A stretch of DNA of 64,000 nt from contig JANQFX010000118.1 in the NCBI GenBank assembly GCA_028277725.1, positions 241 to 64,240 on the forward strand. The letters are read 5' to 3'. Positions 20,656 to 31,895 of this stretch are shown one piece after another. Made by a program: the position numbers and the translations under genes. The stretch comes from Thiohalocapsa sp. Its GTDB lineage: Bacteria; Pseudomonadota; Gammaproteobacteria; Chromatiales; Chromatiaceae. Below the pieces are notes generated by a model. It saw only the letters and a list, made by a program, of their open reading frames with translations. It did no database searches and was not told where the DNA came from. Each line of letters opens with the position of its first letter. Position 1 is the first letter of the stretch.

Positions 20656-21108
20656 ATGGCAGAGACCCTGAAACAGCGCCTCCAGGCCGACATGAAGGCG
20701 GCGATGAAGTCCGGCGACAAGGCGCGTCTCGGCGTCATTCGCCTCATCAACGCGGCCATCAAGCAGCGTGAGGTCGACGAGCGCATCGAACTCGACGATA
20801 CCCAGGTGCTTGCTGTGCTTGACAAAATGGTCAAGCAGCGGCGCGACTCCATCGACCAATACGAGTCGGCCGGGCGCGAAGACTTGGCCGCCACCGAGCG
20901 CGACGAGGTCGAGGTGATCCAGGTCTACCTGCCGGCGGCCCTGTCCGATGCGGAGGTGGATGCCCTCATCGAGGAGGCCGTCGCGGCCACCGGTGCGCAG
21001 TCCATGCGCGACATGGGCAAGCTGATGGGCGTGCTGAGGCCTAAGCTCCAGGGTCGAGCCGATATGGGCGGCGTGAGCCAGCGCGTGAAGGCCCGGCTCG
21101 GCAGTTAG
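20656..21108 (+). CDS. GatB/YqeY domain protein
   Basis: Motifs 'DMKAAMK', 'KQRRDSIDQY' and 'DMGKLMG'. Lies between rpsU and dnaG. Confidence 0.92.
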   Translation: MAETLKQRLQADMKAAMKSGDKARLGVIRLINAAIKQREVDERIELDDTQVLAVLDKMVKQRRDSIDQYESAGREDLAATERDEVEVIQVYLPAALSDAEVDALIEEAVAATGAQSMRDMGKLMGVLRPKLQGRADMGGVSQRVKARLGS

Positions 21109-21252
21109 TTCGCCTTCTCGGCGCGCGTCGGCGGCTCCGTCAGTCCCGAGTCGCGCGCCCCAGGGCCGGAGCCCGACTCCGACCAGCCCCGCGGTGGGCG
21201 TGCATTATCCCGCCGCTGTCCCGGTCCGCCAACGCTCAGCGAGGTCGTGCGG

Positions 21253-22956
21253 ATGGTTGGTGACATCACGCCCGAGCTACGGGAACAGCTGCTCGATCGC
21301 ACCGACATCGTCGAGGTCATCGGCCGGCGCGTGCAGCTCAAGAAGGCCGGCGGCGAGTACAAGGCCTGTTGCCCCTTCCACGCCGAGAAAACGCCGTCGT
21401 TCACGGTCAGCCCGAGCAAGCAGTTCTACCACTGCTTCGGCTGTGGCGCCCACGGGAACGCCATCGACTTTCTGATCGAGTACGACCGACTCAGCTTCCC
21501 TGAGGCAGTGGAAGAGCTGGCGCAGCGCGCCGGCATGCCCCTGCCGGAGGCCGGCGACCGACCGCGAGGGCCGGACCCCAGGCCGCTCTACGCGGTGCTC
21601 GAGCAGGCCGCCGCGCTCTACCAGCAGGCCCTGCGCGAGCACCCGCAACGCGATGCGGCGGTGGCATACCTCAAGCGGCGGGGCTTGAGCGGAGAGGTGG
21701 TGCAGCGCTTTGGCGTCGGTCTCGCGCCCGCTGGCTGGGGCTTCCTGCTCGACGCCCTGGGGCAGTCGCCCGAGCAGCGCGAACGGCTGCTCGCGGCGGG
21801 CCTGCTGTCCGAGCGCGACGAGCGTCGCTACGACCGCTTTCGCGAACGAATCATGTTCCCGATCCGCGACCGGCGCGGCCGCGTGGTCGCTTTCGGCGGG
21901 CGGGTGCTGGGCGACGGGGAGCCGAAGTATCTGAACTCGCCGGAGACGCCGGTCTTCGTCAAGGGCCGGGAGCTCTACGGGCTCTACGAGAGCCAGCAGG
22001 CCCTGCGCAGTCCGCCGCGGCTCCTGGTCGTCGAGGGATACATGGACGTCATTGCGCTGGCCCAGTTCGGCATCGACTACGCCGTCGCCGCGCTCGGCAC
22101 CGCCACCACGCCGGAGCACGTCAAGCGGCTGCTGCGCAACGCGCCGGAACTGGTGTTCTGCTTCGATGGTGATCGCGCCGGTCGCGACGCGGCCTGGAAG
22201 GCGCTCAAGGTCGCGCTGCCCCTGGCCACGGGTCAGCAGCCGATCCGATTTCTGTTCCTGCCCGACGGGGAGGACCCGGACTCGCTGGTTCGCCGGGAGG
22301 GCAGGGAGGGCTTCGAGGCGCGGCTCGCCGAGGCCAGGCTGCTGTCGGCCTTCCTGTTCGAACAGGTCGGCGGTCGACATGACGCCGACACCCCCGAGGG
22401 GCGGGCGGGTCTGGCGGACGAGGTTCAGGGTTTGCTCGCCGGCATGCCCGCGGGCAGCTTCCGTGCGCAATTGGAGGCGGAGCTCGCCCGGCGGACCGGG
22501 CAGACGCCGACTCGACTGCAGCGCCCGTCCCGGCCGCCGGTTGCCCGTCGCCCGCGCGGCACGCCGCCGCTGGCGCTGACGCCCCTGCGACGGGCGGTGG
22601 CGCTGTTGCTTGATGATCCCGCCCGCGCCGCGGTTGCCGAGCAAGTCCCGGCGGACTGGCGCCAAATGGATGGCCCCGGCGTGCGGCTGCTGGCGGAGAT
22701 CATCGACATCGTGTGTGCTGGCCCGGGCATCAGCAGTGCTGCGCTGATCGAGCGCTGGCGCGGTACCGAGGGCGAGCGCGCCGTGCGCCGGCTCGCCGAT
22801 GCGCGGCTCGTCGAGACCATCCCCGAGGACGGACGCGCGGCGGAGCTGGTCGGCATTCTCGAGCGCCTGAATCGCGACGTCGCGGCGGAGCGCAGGGCCG
22901 CGGATATCCGCCAACGGTTACGCGAGCGCGCCGGACAGGGCGATGAAGGCCATTGA
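21253..22956 (+). CDS. dnaG: DNA primase
   Basis: Zn finger CPFH...HCFGC, KYLNSPET, EGYMDV, FDGD and Toprim domain. Confidence 0.96.
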   Translation: MVGDITPELREQLLDRTDIVEVIGRRVQLKKAGGEYKACCPFHAEKTPSFTVSPSKQFYHCFGCGAHGNAIDFLIEYDRLSFPEAVEELAQRAGMPLPEAGDRPRGPDPRPLYAVLEQAAALYQQALREHPQRDAAVAYLKRRGLSGEVVQRFGVGLAPAGWGFLLDALGQSPEQRERLLAAGLLSERDERRYDRFRERIMFPIRDRRGRVVAFGGRVLGDGEPKYLNSPETPVFVKGRELYGLYESQQALRSPPRLLVVEGYMDVIALAQFGIDYAVAALGTATTPEHVKRLLRNAPELVFCFDGDRAGRDAAWKALKVALPLATGQQPIRFLFLPDGEDPDSLVRREGREGFEARLAEARLLSAFLFEQVGGRHDADTPEGRAGLADEVQGLLAGMPAGSFRAQLEAELARRTGQTPTRLQRPSRPPVARRPRGTPPLALTPLRRAVALLLDDPARAAVAEQVPADWRQMDGPGVRLLAEIIDIVCAGPGISSAALIERWRGTEGERAVRRLADARLVETIPEDGRAAELVGILERLNRDVAAERRAADIRQRLRERAGQGDEGH

Positions 22957-23241
22957 GCCGGGTGGCCGGGGACGTCACCGGCGTCCGCTTGCGTTTCTGA
23001 GGGTTGGTCCTGTGTGGCACGCGCGACGTCCGGTCCGTCGTCGCTGCCGACGCCAAGCCGCCGGCGCCGGGGCTTCGGCGAGCGTCGAGCCTGGGCACCA
23101 AGCATTTGTGTGTGCTGCTCTTGGCAACCCTTGGAATGGCAGAAATCACGCAGATCTGCTATGTTGGAGAGTTTAGTCTCAGCGTCTAGACTCGCTCGCA
23201 GTTGACCGACGCAATCGCTTCACCGTCGAACAGGTATCCGC

Positions 23242-25062
<1,821 letters not shown>

Positions 25063-25182
25063 CGCGGCTGTCGCCGCGTCAGACGTGGCGGGCTGTCGCC
25101 CGCCACCGCCGCAAAGGGCGATCGCGCGGCGCATCGGATCTTCCTCTCTCCGCGTCCCGCTGCCGCGCGACGCACCTCTCTT

Positions 25183-25255
<73 letters not shown>

Positions 25256-25377
25256 TCAAACGAAACACCTGCCGCATCGCCGCCACCAACACCAGCGATT
25301 CGGTGCCGCCGTGCTGATTGGCGCGTGTCGCGCGATGCGGCGCGGGCGGATATCATGAGCCTGAGTCGGGTCCGGAC

Positions 25378-25394
25378 TGTCAGGTTTCTTTACA
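25378..25394 (+). promoter_or_regulatory. Putative enhancer (TGT-N11-ACA) for a sigma54 activator
   Basis: TGTCAGGTTTCTTTACA lies about 77 bp upstream of a -24/-12 element, in front of a PEP-CTERM-type gene. Confidence 0.55.
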
Positions 25395-25469
25395 GTTTGG
25401 CCGTTAGTTTGGGTTGCAGTCTTGGCGCATTGGCGTTAGGGCGCTGTCCAAGCAGCGTTTTTTGAGTTC

Positions 25470-25485
25470 GGGCGCAGATCTTGCT
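25470..25485 (+). promoter_or_regulatory. Putative sigma54 (-24/-12) promoter
   Basis: GGGCGCAGATCTTGCT has exact GG-N10-GC spacing with TTGCT. Confidence 0.55.
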
Positions 25486-25585
25486 TATAAAGCAAAAATT
25501 GTTGCCAGCAAGGGTCTGGTGGAAAAACCGGGCCGCCGCCGTGGGCGAAGGGCTGGTTTCGCCGTCGTTTGGAGCTTCTCCCCAC

Positions 25586-27469
25586 ATGCCAAGACAACGT
25601 TTGCTTTCTCTGGCCATGGCCGCTGCGCTTGCGGGTGCTGTCGTGCCGGCAGTGGCTGTGAACATCGACCCCAGCACCTACAACGTCCTCGCGGAATCGG
25701 ATGTTGGAGCCTACAACGACTGGCTTGCGACTTGCACAAACGTGACAGCCGGGGTTGGCACTTGTGGCAGCGCTAGTGCCCCACTGGATAGCGATACCAC
25801 CCTATTCTTCTGGGACAGCGCCGGAGACTCCGACAATAGCGTCATCCAAGCCCAGTGGACCGATCCGGCCAAGAGCGTCCCCATCACGCAGGTGCGAATC
25901 TCGACGCCCCTGAGCGCAACCGAACTCATCGGCGTTCCAGGTGGCCCGTCGGATCTTCAGACAACGACAGGAACCAACGTCAGTTTTGCAGCAGGTGAAG
26001 CCTCTCAGGGGCAGGGCGTGTTCCTAGCCTATGGGCGAAATGTGTACGATGGCACTTTGGATCCTGGCGACTTGATCGGGCCGAACGACTTTCTCGCGAC
26101 GAACGCGGCGGTTCAGCCGGCGTTCATTTCATTCCAGTTCGGTGTCACCATGCCGGGCAGGGCCCAGCAGTCCCGACTTCATCAGACGAATCCCTTCCAG
26201 TACTACAACCCCTTGGGGGCAGATACGGCAGTCCCCGACGCTTTGAAACCGGACAATGTCGACCTGACCATCGGTATAGGGGACGCGGTTCAGCTGCAGC
26301 AGGGTCAGTCGGTCGAGGTCGAGTTGTTTGCCGTTGGCGGTTTTGACCCGAACGGTCAACCCCAAATCCCGGGAGACGTACCCGTCGGCATTTCCGACGA
26401 CCTCGCGATCGAGTTCCTGACCGAGGTGTTGGACGTCACCCAAGGCGTCGGTGACCTCACCTTCTCGCCCACCCGTGCGGGCACCGTCAATGGGGATAAG
26501 GTCAGCCTGACGGCCACCAGCGACGGTACGGCTTCCACGGAGCTGGACGGGCAGTTCGATGCATTTGCGGAGAGCGCGATCAAGGTCCAGGGTAGCCCCG
26601 CTGCCACCCCCTTCACGCTTGCCGCCCCCGGAACATCCGGGGATAGCACGGACCGGGTCTACGAGTTGGACGCGAGCGGCATTGCACTAACGCTCGATGA
26701 CGCCGGCAAGACCGGCGACGATTTCAAGTCTAGCGGGGCGCAGGCGGTGCGGCATACGGGTCTCGCAGCCGCTGATGTTGTGTACAATCGAACCATCCAG
26801 GGTGAGGTGGTCGGCCCCGTCTTGGGCGTTGAGGGCAAGATGAACCCGGATGATCCGGCCGCGACGCTGGAGTACGGCAGTACCATCAATCTCAGCACCA
26901 TCACTGACCCGGTCGATGCCAAGGCCTGCAACCAAGGCTCCGTTGGTGGTTGCCCGACGCTTGAGTTGGCGATCGGCAATCTGTTCGGCGAGGCCCTCGG
27001 CGATCTGACCAGCCTTAGCATTCGCAATATCGCGTTGGGCGGCCCCGGAGCCGCTTTCTTCAATCTCTTCGCCGATGACTGCTCGTCGGGGACCGACTAC
27101 ACCGAGAGCGGGGTCTTGACCCAAGGCGACGCAACCGGCGGCTTCGACTTTCCGGGGCTCTGCGTCACCTTCACGCCGCCGGCCTCGGATCCGGGCACGG
27201 GGACGGCCGATCTGAGCGGCGTCGCTGCAACCGTCGACCGCCAGTTCACCGCAACCCTGACCCTGTTCTCCGACATGAACCGCGAGTTTGAGACCTTCAA
27301 CGACGGGGAGTCGACGACGCTGTACAACCTGTCCGCTTGGGCGCGTTATTCGTCTCCGTCCACGGCCCCGCTGCCGGCGCCGCTGGCGCTCCTGGCCGCG
27401 GGCCTCGTCGGCCTGGCCGGGGTCCGCGCACGGCTGGGACAGCGCTCGCATACCCGCGCCGACAACTGA
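25586..27469 (+). CDS. Secreted surface protein with a PEP-CTERM-type (PLPA variant) sorting tail
   Basis: Signal peptide MPRQRLLSLAMAAALAGAVVPAVA; acidic T/G/D-rich beta body; C-terminal APLPAP + TM helix + Arg cluster. Confidence 0.8.
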   Translation: MPRQRLLSLAMAAALAGAVVPAVAVNIDPSTYNVLAESDVGAYNDWLATCTNVTAGVGTCGSASAPLDSDTTLFFWDSAGDSDNSVIQAQWTDPAKSVPITQVRISTPLSATELIGVPGGPSDLQTTTGTNVSFAAGEASQGQGVFLAYGRNVYDGTLDPGDLIGPNDFLATNAAVQPAFISFQFGVTMPGRAQQSRLHQTNPFQYYNPLGADTAVPDALKPDNVDLTIGIGDAVQLQQGQSVEVELFAVGGFDPNGQPQIPGDVPVGISDDLAIEFLTEVLDVTQGVGDLTFSPTRAGTVNGDKVSLTATSDGTASTELDGQFDAFAESAIKVQGSPAATPFTLAAPGTSGDSTDRVYELDASGIALTLDDAGKTGDDFKSSGAQAVRHTGLAAADVVYNRTIQGEVVGPVLGVEGKMNPDDPAATLEYGSTINLSTITDPVDAKACNQGSVGGCPTLELAIGNLFGEALGDLTSLSIRNIALGGPGAAFFNLFADDCSSGTDYTESGVLTQGDATGGFDFPGLCVTFTPPASDPGTGTADLSGVAATVDRQFTATLTLFSDMNREFETFNDGESTTLYNLSAWARYSSPSTAPLPAPLALLAAGLVGLAGVRARLGQRSHTRADN

Positions 27470-27870
27470 CCTTGGCCCGCGTCTCGCTCTAGCACGGATG
27501 TCGAACGGGTCTCGGTGCAACGGCCCGCTATGTCGCAATGAGGCGGCCCCGGATTGTCGGCCGGTCGGCTGTCCGTGTTCGGATCTGCGCCGGAGTGCAT
27601 CGACCAAGGGGTGAATCGTCCAAGCCGCTTCGTGGCGAGATTGCTGTCTAGATCGTTCCGCCCATTCATCGGAACAAGCAAGCCAAGCGCTGAAACCCCT
27701 GATCCCGGCGGCATTAGCCGATGCCGCCCGTGCCACTATCGCCCCGCCACTGTCACAGGCGCACCCAGCCTCTCCGGGTAGTTCGTCGGTCCCCTCGCAC
27801 CCTTGAACGGCTGGAGCCACGCGGCGACAGATGCCGGGGCCCCTGCCCAAAAGACCCTCGATCCCACCCC

Positions 27871-28803
27871 ATGTCCGCCATCACCGCCTTTCCCCTGCTG
27901 GCGCTGTTGTGCTCGGCACTCGCCTTCTGGCAGCCCGGCTGGTTCACGCCGCTGAGGCCCGCCATCGTGCCCCTGCTCGGGCTGATCATGTTCGGCATGG
28001 GCGCCACGCTGACCTGGCGGCAGTTCAGCGAGGTGGCGCGACGGCCGAGGCGCGTGGGCCTGGGGCTGTTGCTGCAGTTCGGTGTCATGCCGCTGGCGGC
28101 CTGGTGCATCGGCCTCTGGCTCGGGCTGTCGCCGGAGCTGCTGGCCGGGCTCGTGCTGGTGGGGGCGAGCCCCGGTGGCACGGCGTCCAATGTGGTCTGC
28201 TACCTGGCGCGCGGGGATGTCGCCCTGTCCATTACGCTGACCGCGGTCTCGACCCTGGTCGCCGTTGCGGCGACGCCAGTGCTGACCTGGCTCTATGTCG
28301 GGCGCGAGGTGCCCGTGCCGGTCTGGGACATGCTGCGCTCCATCCTGCAGATCGTCCTGCTGCCCGTCGGTCTGGGGGTGCTGGTGAACACCTGGCTCCT
28401 GCGCGGGCGCGACGGTGCCGCGGTGCGCCGCGTGCGTGCTGCCCTGCCCCTGCTGTCCATGGCGTCGATCGTGCTGATCATCGGCATCATCGTTGCGCTC
28501 AACGTCGACAACATCGCCGCCGGCGGCGCGCTCATCGCCTTGGCCGTCGTCCTGCACAACGCCATCGGCCTCGGTGCCGGTTACGGCCTGGGCTGGCTGG
28601 CCACACGCGATGCGCGCGCCGCGCGGACCCTGGCCATCGAGGTCGGCATGCAGAACTCGGGGCTCGCGGTGGCACTCGCGGTCAAGTACTTCACGCCGGC
28701 CGCAGCCATCCCGGGTGCCCTGTTCTCCATCTGGCACAACCTGTCGGGTTCGGCGTTGGCGGCGGTGTGGGCCGGTCGCCAGCCCAGGGAGACCGCGCCT
28801 TAG
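27871..28803 (+). CDS. Bile acid:sodium symporter family transporter (BASS/PanS-like)
   Basis: Motifs 'MFGMG', 'QFGVMP', 'PGGTASNV', 'IEVGMQNSG' and 'FSIWHN'. Confidence 0.92.
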   Translation: MSAITAFPLLALLCSALAFWQPGWFTPLRPAIVPLLGLIMFGMGATLTWRQFSEVARRPRRVGLGLLLQFGVMPLAAWCIGLWLGLSPELLAGLVLVGASPGGTASNVVCYLARGDVALSITLTAVSTLVAVAATPVLTWLYVGREVPVPVWDMLRSILQIVLLPVGLGVLVNTWLLRGRDGAAVRRVRAALPLLSMASIVLIIGIIVALNVDNIAAGGALIALAVVLHNAIGLGAGYGLGWLATRDARAARTLAIEVGMQNSGLAVALAVKYFTPAAAIPGALFSIWHNLSGSALAAVWAGRQPRETAP

Positions 28804-28838
28804 TGACCACGTCGCATAAGATGATAACCATGCTCGAT

Positions 28839-28871
28839 TCGTTGTCGTTGTCGTTGTCGTTGTCGAAATCG
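28839..28871. repeat. (TCGTTG)n tandem repeat; half copy of the GTTGTCG element family
   Basis: TCGTTGTCGTTGTCGTTGTCGTTGTCGAAATCG resembles the left arm of the 59552 element. Confidence 0.6.
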
Positions 28872-29054
28872 TAAGCGCCAACATCGCGGACGTCTTGACG
28901 AATACTTGATCACAAACGCGCTAACGGACACGATCCGGAATCGATCCGCGGTCGGCGTTGTTTGCGGAGCGCGAGCGCAGCAGGTCTGGGCGCGGAGTCT
29001 TGACACCCGGGCCAGGCAGATCAGCCTGCAAACAAGAAAGAGTTGCATCCGCAT

Positions 29055-29069
29055 TGATAATTGTGGACA
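29055..29069 (+). promoter_or_regulatory. Possible Fur box
   Basis: TGATAATTGTGGACA versus TGATAATnATTATCA: perfect left half, about 50 bp before the HMA2 gene. Confidence 0.35.
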
Positions 29070-29118
29070 CTCTCCAGCAGACGACATCAACAGTCCTTCG
29101 CGTGAGCCCCGACAAGCC

Positions 29119-29472
29119 ATGAGCCAGTACATCCATCACGTACCCGGTCGACTCCGGATCCGCTCCCAGTCCCTGCGTTGCCGTTCGGACAAGGCGCTCG
29201 CCGCCCAGAACCGGCTCGTCTCCATGGACGGGGTGCAGTCGGTGCGCATCAACCCGCGCGCCGGCAGCATCACCATCCTCTATGATGCCGATGTGCTGGG
29301 GCAGGCCGACCTGCTGGGCACCCTGCACGAGGTCGGCTGCATGTCCGGCACCGTTCGCTCCGACGAGCATGTCCGCAAGATGGCCGATACTTTCGGTAAG
29401 GCATTGGTCGGTGCGGTCATGCAGAAGGCCATGGAGCAGTCGGCGCGCACCCTGGTGGGCGCCCTGATCTGA
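29119..29472 (+). CDS. HMA2-type domain protein (FezC-like)
   Basis: 'YIHHVPGRLRIRS...GVQSVRINPRAGSITILYD': ferredoxin-like fold without CxxC, plus an amphipathic C-terminal tail. Confidence 0.75.
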   Translation: MSQYIHHVPGRLRIRSQSLRCRSDKALAAQNRLVSMDGVQSVRINPRAGSITILYDADVLGQADLLGTLHEVGCMSGTVRSDEHVRKMADTFGKALVGAVMQKAMEQSARTLVGALI

Positions 29473-29947
29473 TGCCGCCCAGGACTGCGCAACCCCACCG
29501 GCGCTTATCCGAGCACGATGCGCGGCAGCGTAAGGCATGACCGGCCGCCCAGCCGGTCCTTCCACACTTGAGCCGGACCGGTACTGAACTCGCAGGGTCG
29601 GCCCGCGCCGGTCGGTCCGTGCCGACCCCTTCATCCTCTCCTCCCCGGCCGGGCTACTGCGAGCCGAAACAAGGGCCGCGGGCATCAGTGCTCGCTCGCT
29701 GTACCGCCCCGTGCGTCCTTGCACGGCGGTGTGGGCCGCCTTACAGTCCTTCTGCTGAGTTGCGTTATTTTCCTTGCGGAATCGAGTCGCCCCCCTACTC
29801 GGTTCTGCGGGGCCGTGCAAGAGAGTAGACTTGCGCGACCGGTACGCGCCCGGTCCGGGCGCCGGGATCGTGCGTCGGGTCCTCAGGCGGACCGGGCGGC
29901 GCCAACGCGATGATATAGCCGCCATTTGCGACAGGAGAGCAGACAAC

Positions 29948-30931
29948 ATGAGCGAACACGAGCAGGGTGGGCGAGCCCAGACGGGGGCGCAGGGAGGGAT
30001 GCCGCAGGGCATCTCCGGCGCCCAAGGCCAGGCTGCGGCCGGCTCGAATGTTGGAGAAGGCCAGGCGATCTATGGCGCCATGGGATCGGTGCAAGGTCAG
30101 GCGCCAGCGCAGGGCGCTGGCAAGGACACACAGCCGAGCGCTGGGCAGGCCGCTGGACCCGCCATGGCCGACGTACAGCAGGGTGGACCGGCCATGCAGC
30201 CACCCGCACAGGAGGCCGGGCAGCAAGCCGGGATGGCCGCGATGCAGGGCTATTCCGCGAATGGCGCCGCGGGCTATCCGGCTGGACCTGCCGCGCAGGG
30301 CTATGGCGTGGCTGCCTATGCGCAGTACGCCGCACCGATGATGGGCGCGGGCCCAGCCGGTTATGCGCAAAGCGACCAGATGCAGGGCGGACAGATGCAC
30401 GGCGCGATGTCGGGCGCTACCTACGCCTCGCCGCAGATGACGCCTGCGCAGACGGCCCAATCCCAGACCGCTCAGGCGCAGGTGCCGCCCGGTGCTTACC
30501 CCCAATACGCGCCGCAGTACGCCATGCAGTACCCGGCCCAGCCCGCGCCCCAGTATCTGCCCCAATACCCTTACGCCTATGCGCCGGTTGCCCCGGCAGC
30601 GATGGGTGCCGGGCCCCAGCAGCCGCCGGCCGGCACCCCCGGGGCCGCCGGCGGCCAAGCCGGCCGCGGCCAGGCCGGCATCGCCTCCCTGATGGAGGAG
30701 ATCAACAACGGCGGCACCGGCCTCAATAGCCTGAGCCAGATGCTCAACCTCGACGACACGGAGTTCTGGAAGGGCGCCCTGGTGGGTGCCGCCGCGGTGG
30801 TGCTGTTCACCAACGAGTCGGTCCAGAACGCCCTGTTCAAGACCGGCGCCAAGACGTCCGAGGCCATGCGCAGCGGTGTCGACAAACTCAAGTCGGCGGC
30901 GGGCGATGCCGCGGGCGAGGCGAAGGAGTAG
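29948..30931 (+). CDS. Q/G/A/Y/P-rich low-complexity protein with a C-terminal GxxxG membrane helix and amphipathic helix (YtxH/FezA-like)
   Basis: AGGAG upstream of ATG 29948. About 260 aa disordered region, then 'FWKGALVGAAAVVLFTNESVQ'. Confidence 0.7.
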   Translation: MSEHEQGGRAQTGAQGGMPQGISGAQGQAAAGSNVGEGQAIYGAMGSVQGQAPAQGAGKDTQPSAGQAAGPAMADVQQGGPAMQPPAQEAGQQAGMAAMQGYSANGAAGYPAGPAAQGYGVAAYAQYAAPMMGAGPAGYAQSDQMQGGQMHGAMSGATYASPQMTPAQTAQSQTAQAQVPPGAYPQYAPQYAMQYPAQPAPQYLPQYPYAYAPVAPAAMGAGPQQPPAGTPGAAGGQAGRGQAGIASLMEEINNGGTGLNSLSQMLNLDDTEFWKGALVGAAAVVLFTNESVQNALFKTGAKTSEAMRSGVDKLKSAAGDAAGEAKE

Positions 30932-30937
30932 CGACCC

Positions 30938-31315
30938 ATGAGCGAGACCTACCCAGTCCACTACCTGCCGTCGTCCATGGTGCAACAGAGCCCGGCGCCC
31001 GCCCCCGCGGCTACCGACTGCTCGGCACTGATCGGATACGCCACCCTCGGCGCCGTTGTGGGTGCGTCCGCGGCGGGTGGTGCCAACATCCTGCGGGTGC
31101 AGCGCGAGGAGCTCACCGCCACCGAGGCCCTGGCCGATACGGGCAAGGCTGCCCTGGCCGGCGCTGCTGCAACCGCCGTGGCTGGGGCCGCCGCGGGTCT
31201 CGTGGCCAAAGAGGGGGTCACCCGCCTGGCCGTGCTGCTCGCCGCCGGCACCGCCGTGATGTACGGTATCCAGCGCCGCTGGGGCGCCGAAGCGCTGGTG
31301 GAGGATCAACCATGA
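30938..31315 (+). CDS. MamC-like membrane protein (copy 1)
   Basis: 'LGAVVGASAAGGANILRVQREELTATEALADTGKAALAG' closely parallels the MamC/Mms13 TM-loop-TM as recalled. AAGGAG RBS. Confidence 0.75.
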   Translation: MSETYPVHYLPSSMVQQSPAPAPAATDCSALIGYATLGAVVGASAAGGANILRVQREELTATEALADTGKAALAGAAATAVAGAAAGLVAKEGVTRLAVLLAAGTAVMYGIQRRWGAEALVEDQP

Positions 31316-31497
31316 GTTCCCATATGCAGCGCCAGCGCCATGGCGTCGCGAAGAACATCGCCGAGGGCGTCGGTGGGCTCGTGGTCGGCGCCGCCGCCGT
31401 GGTGTTGTTGCGGAGCCTGTTCAAGAAGAAATCCTCGACAACGACGCCGGCGGCGCCGAACCAGTTGGCTGAACCCACGAAGGAGGTCGAGGCATGA
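31312..31497 (+). CDS. Small single-TM GxxxG protein
   Basis: GGAGG RBS; ATGA overlaps at both ends; 'GVGGLVVGAAAVVLLRSLFKKK'. Confidence 0.65.
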   Translation: MSSHMQRQRHGVAKNIAEGVGGLVVGAAAVVLLRSLFKKKSSTTTPAAPNQLAEPTKEVEA

Positions 31498-31895
31498 GTC
31501 ACTACGAATCCAACCCCGGCCTGCCCTTGGCCTATCACGACCAGGCCCTCAGGCACGATGCCTATCCGAACGCCCACCAGCGCTCCGCTTATCCGGCGGG
31601 CGCCGGCAGCAGCTATCTGGAGCTCGGCAAACTCGGGGCCACGGTCGGGCTTTGCGGCGCGGCCGCGGCCAACCTGCACAAGCTGCGGAACGAGCAAGTG
31701 ACCGGCGGCGAGGCGATCATCGACAGCCTGCGCACGGGCGCCGCCGCGGGGCTCGCTACGGCGGCGGCCGGCTACATCGCCAACCAATTCAGGAGCCCCA
31801 CCACCTCGCTTGCGGCGACGCTGATCGCGGGCACCGCCTTTATGTATTTGCTGAACAGCGATGGCCCAGTGGAGGCCGAAGGAGACAAGTCATGA
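31494..31895 (+). CDS. MamC-like membrane protein (copy 2)
   Basis: 'LGATVGLCGAAAANLHKLRNEQVTGGEAIIDSLRTGAAAGLATAAA'; AGGAGG RBS. Confidence 0.75.
   Translation: MSHYESNPGLPLAYHDQALRHDAYPNAHQRSAYPAGAGSSYLELGKLGATVGLCGAAAANLHKLRNEQVTGGEAIIDSLRTGAAAGLATAAAGYIANQFRSPTTSLAATLIAGTAFMYLLNSDGPVEAEGDKS

Noticed and set aside
28822-28836. Second Fur-like sequence TGATAACCATGCTCG
   Set aside because: About 280 bp from the next start codon, abutting the repeat element, with only a partial match.
28839-28871. CRISPR array
   Set aside because: Only a hexamer tandem repeat, with no repeat-spacer periodicity and no cas genes in the window.
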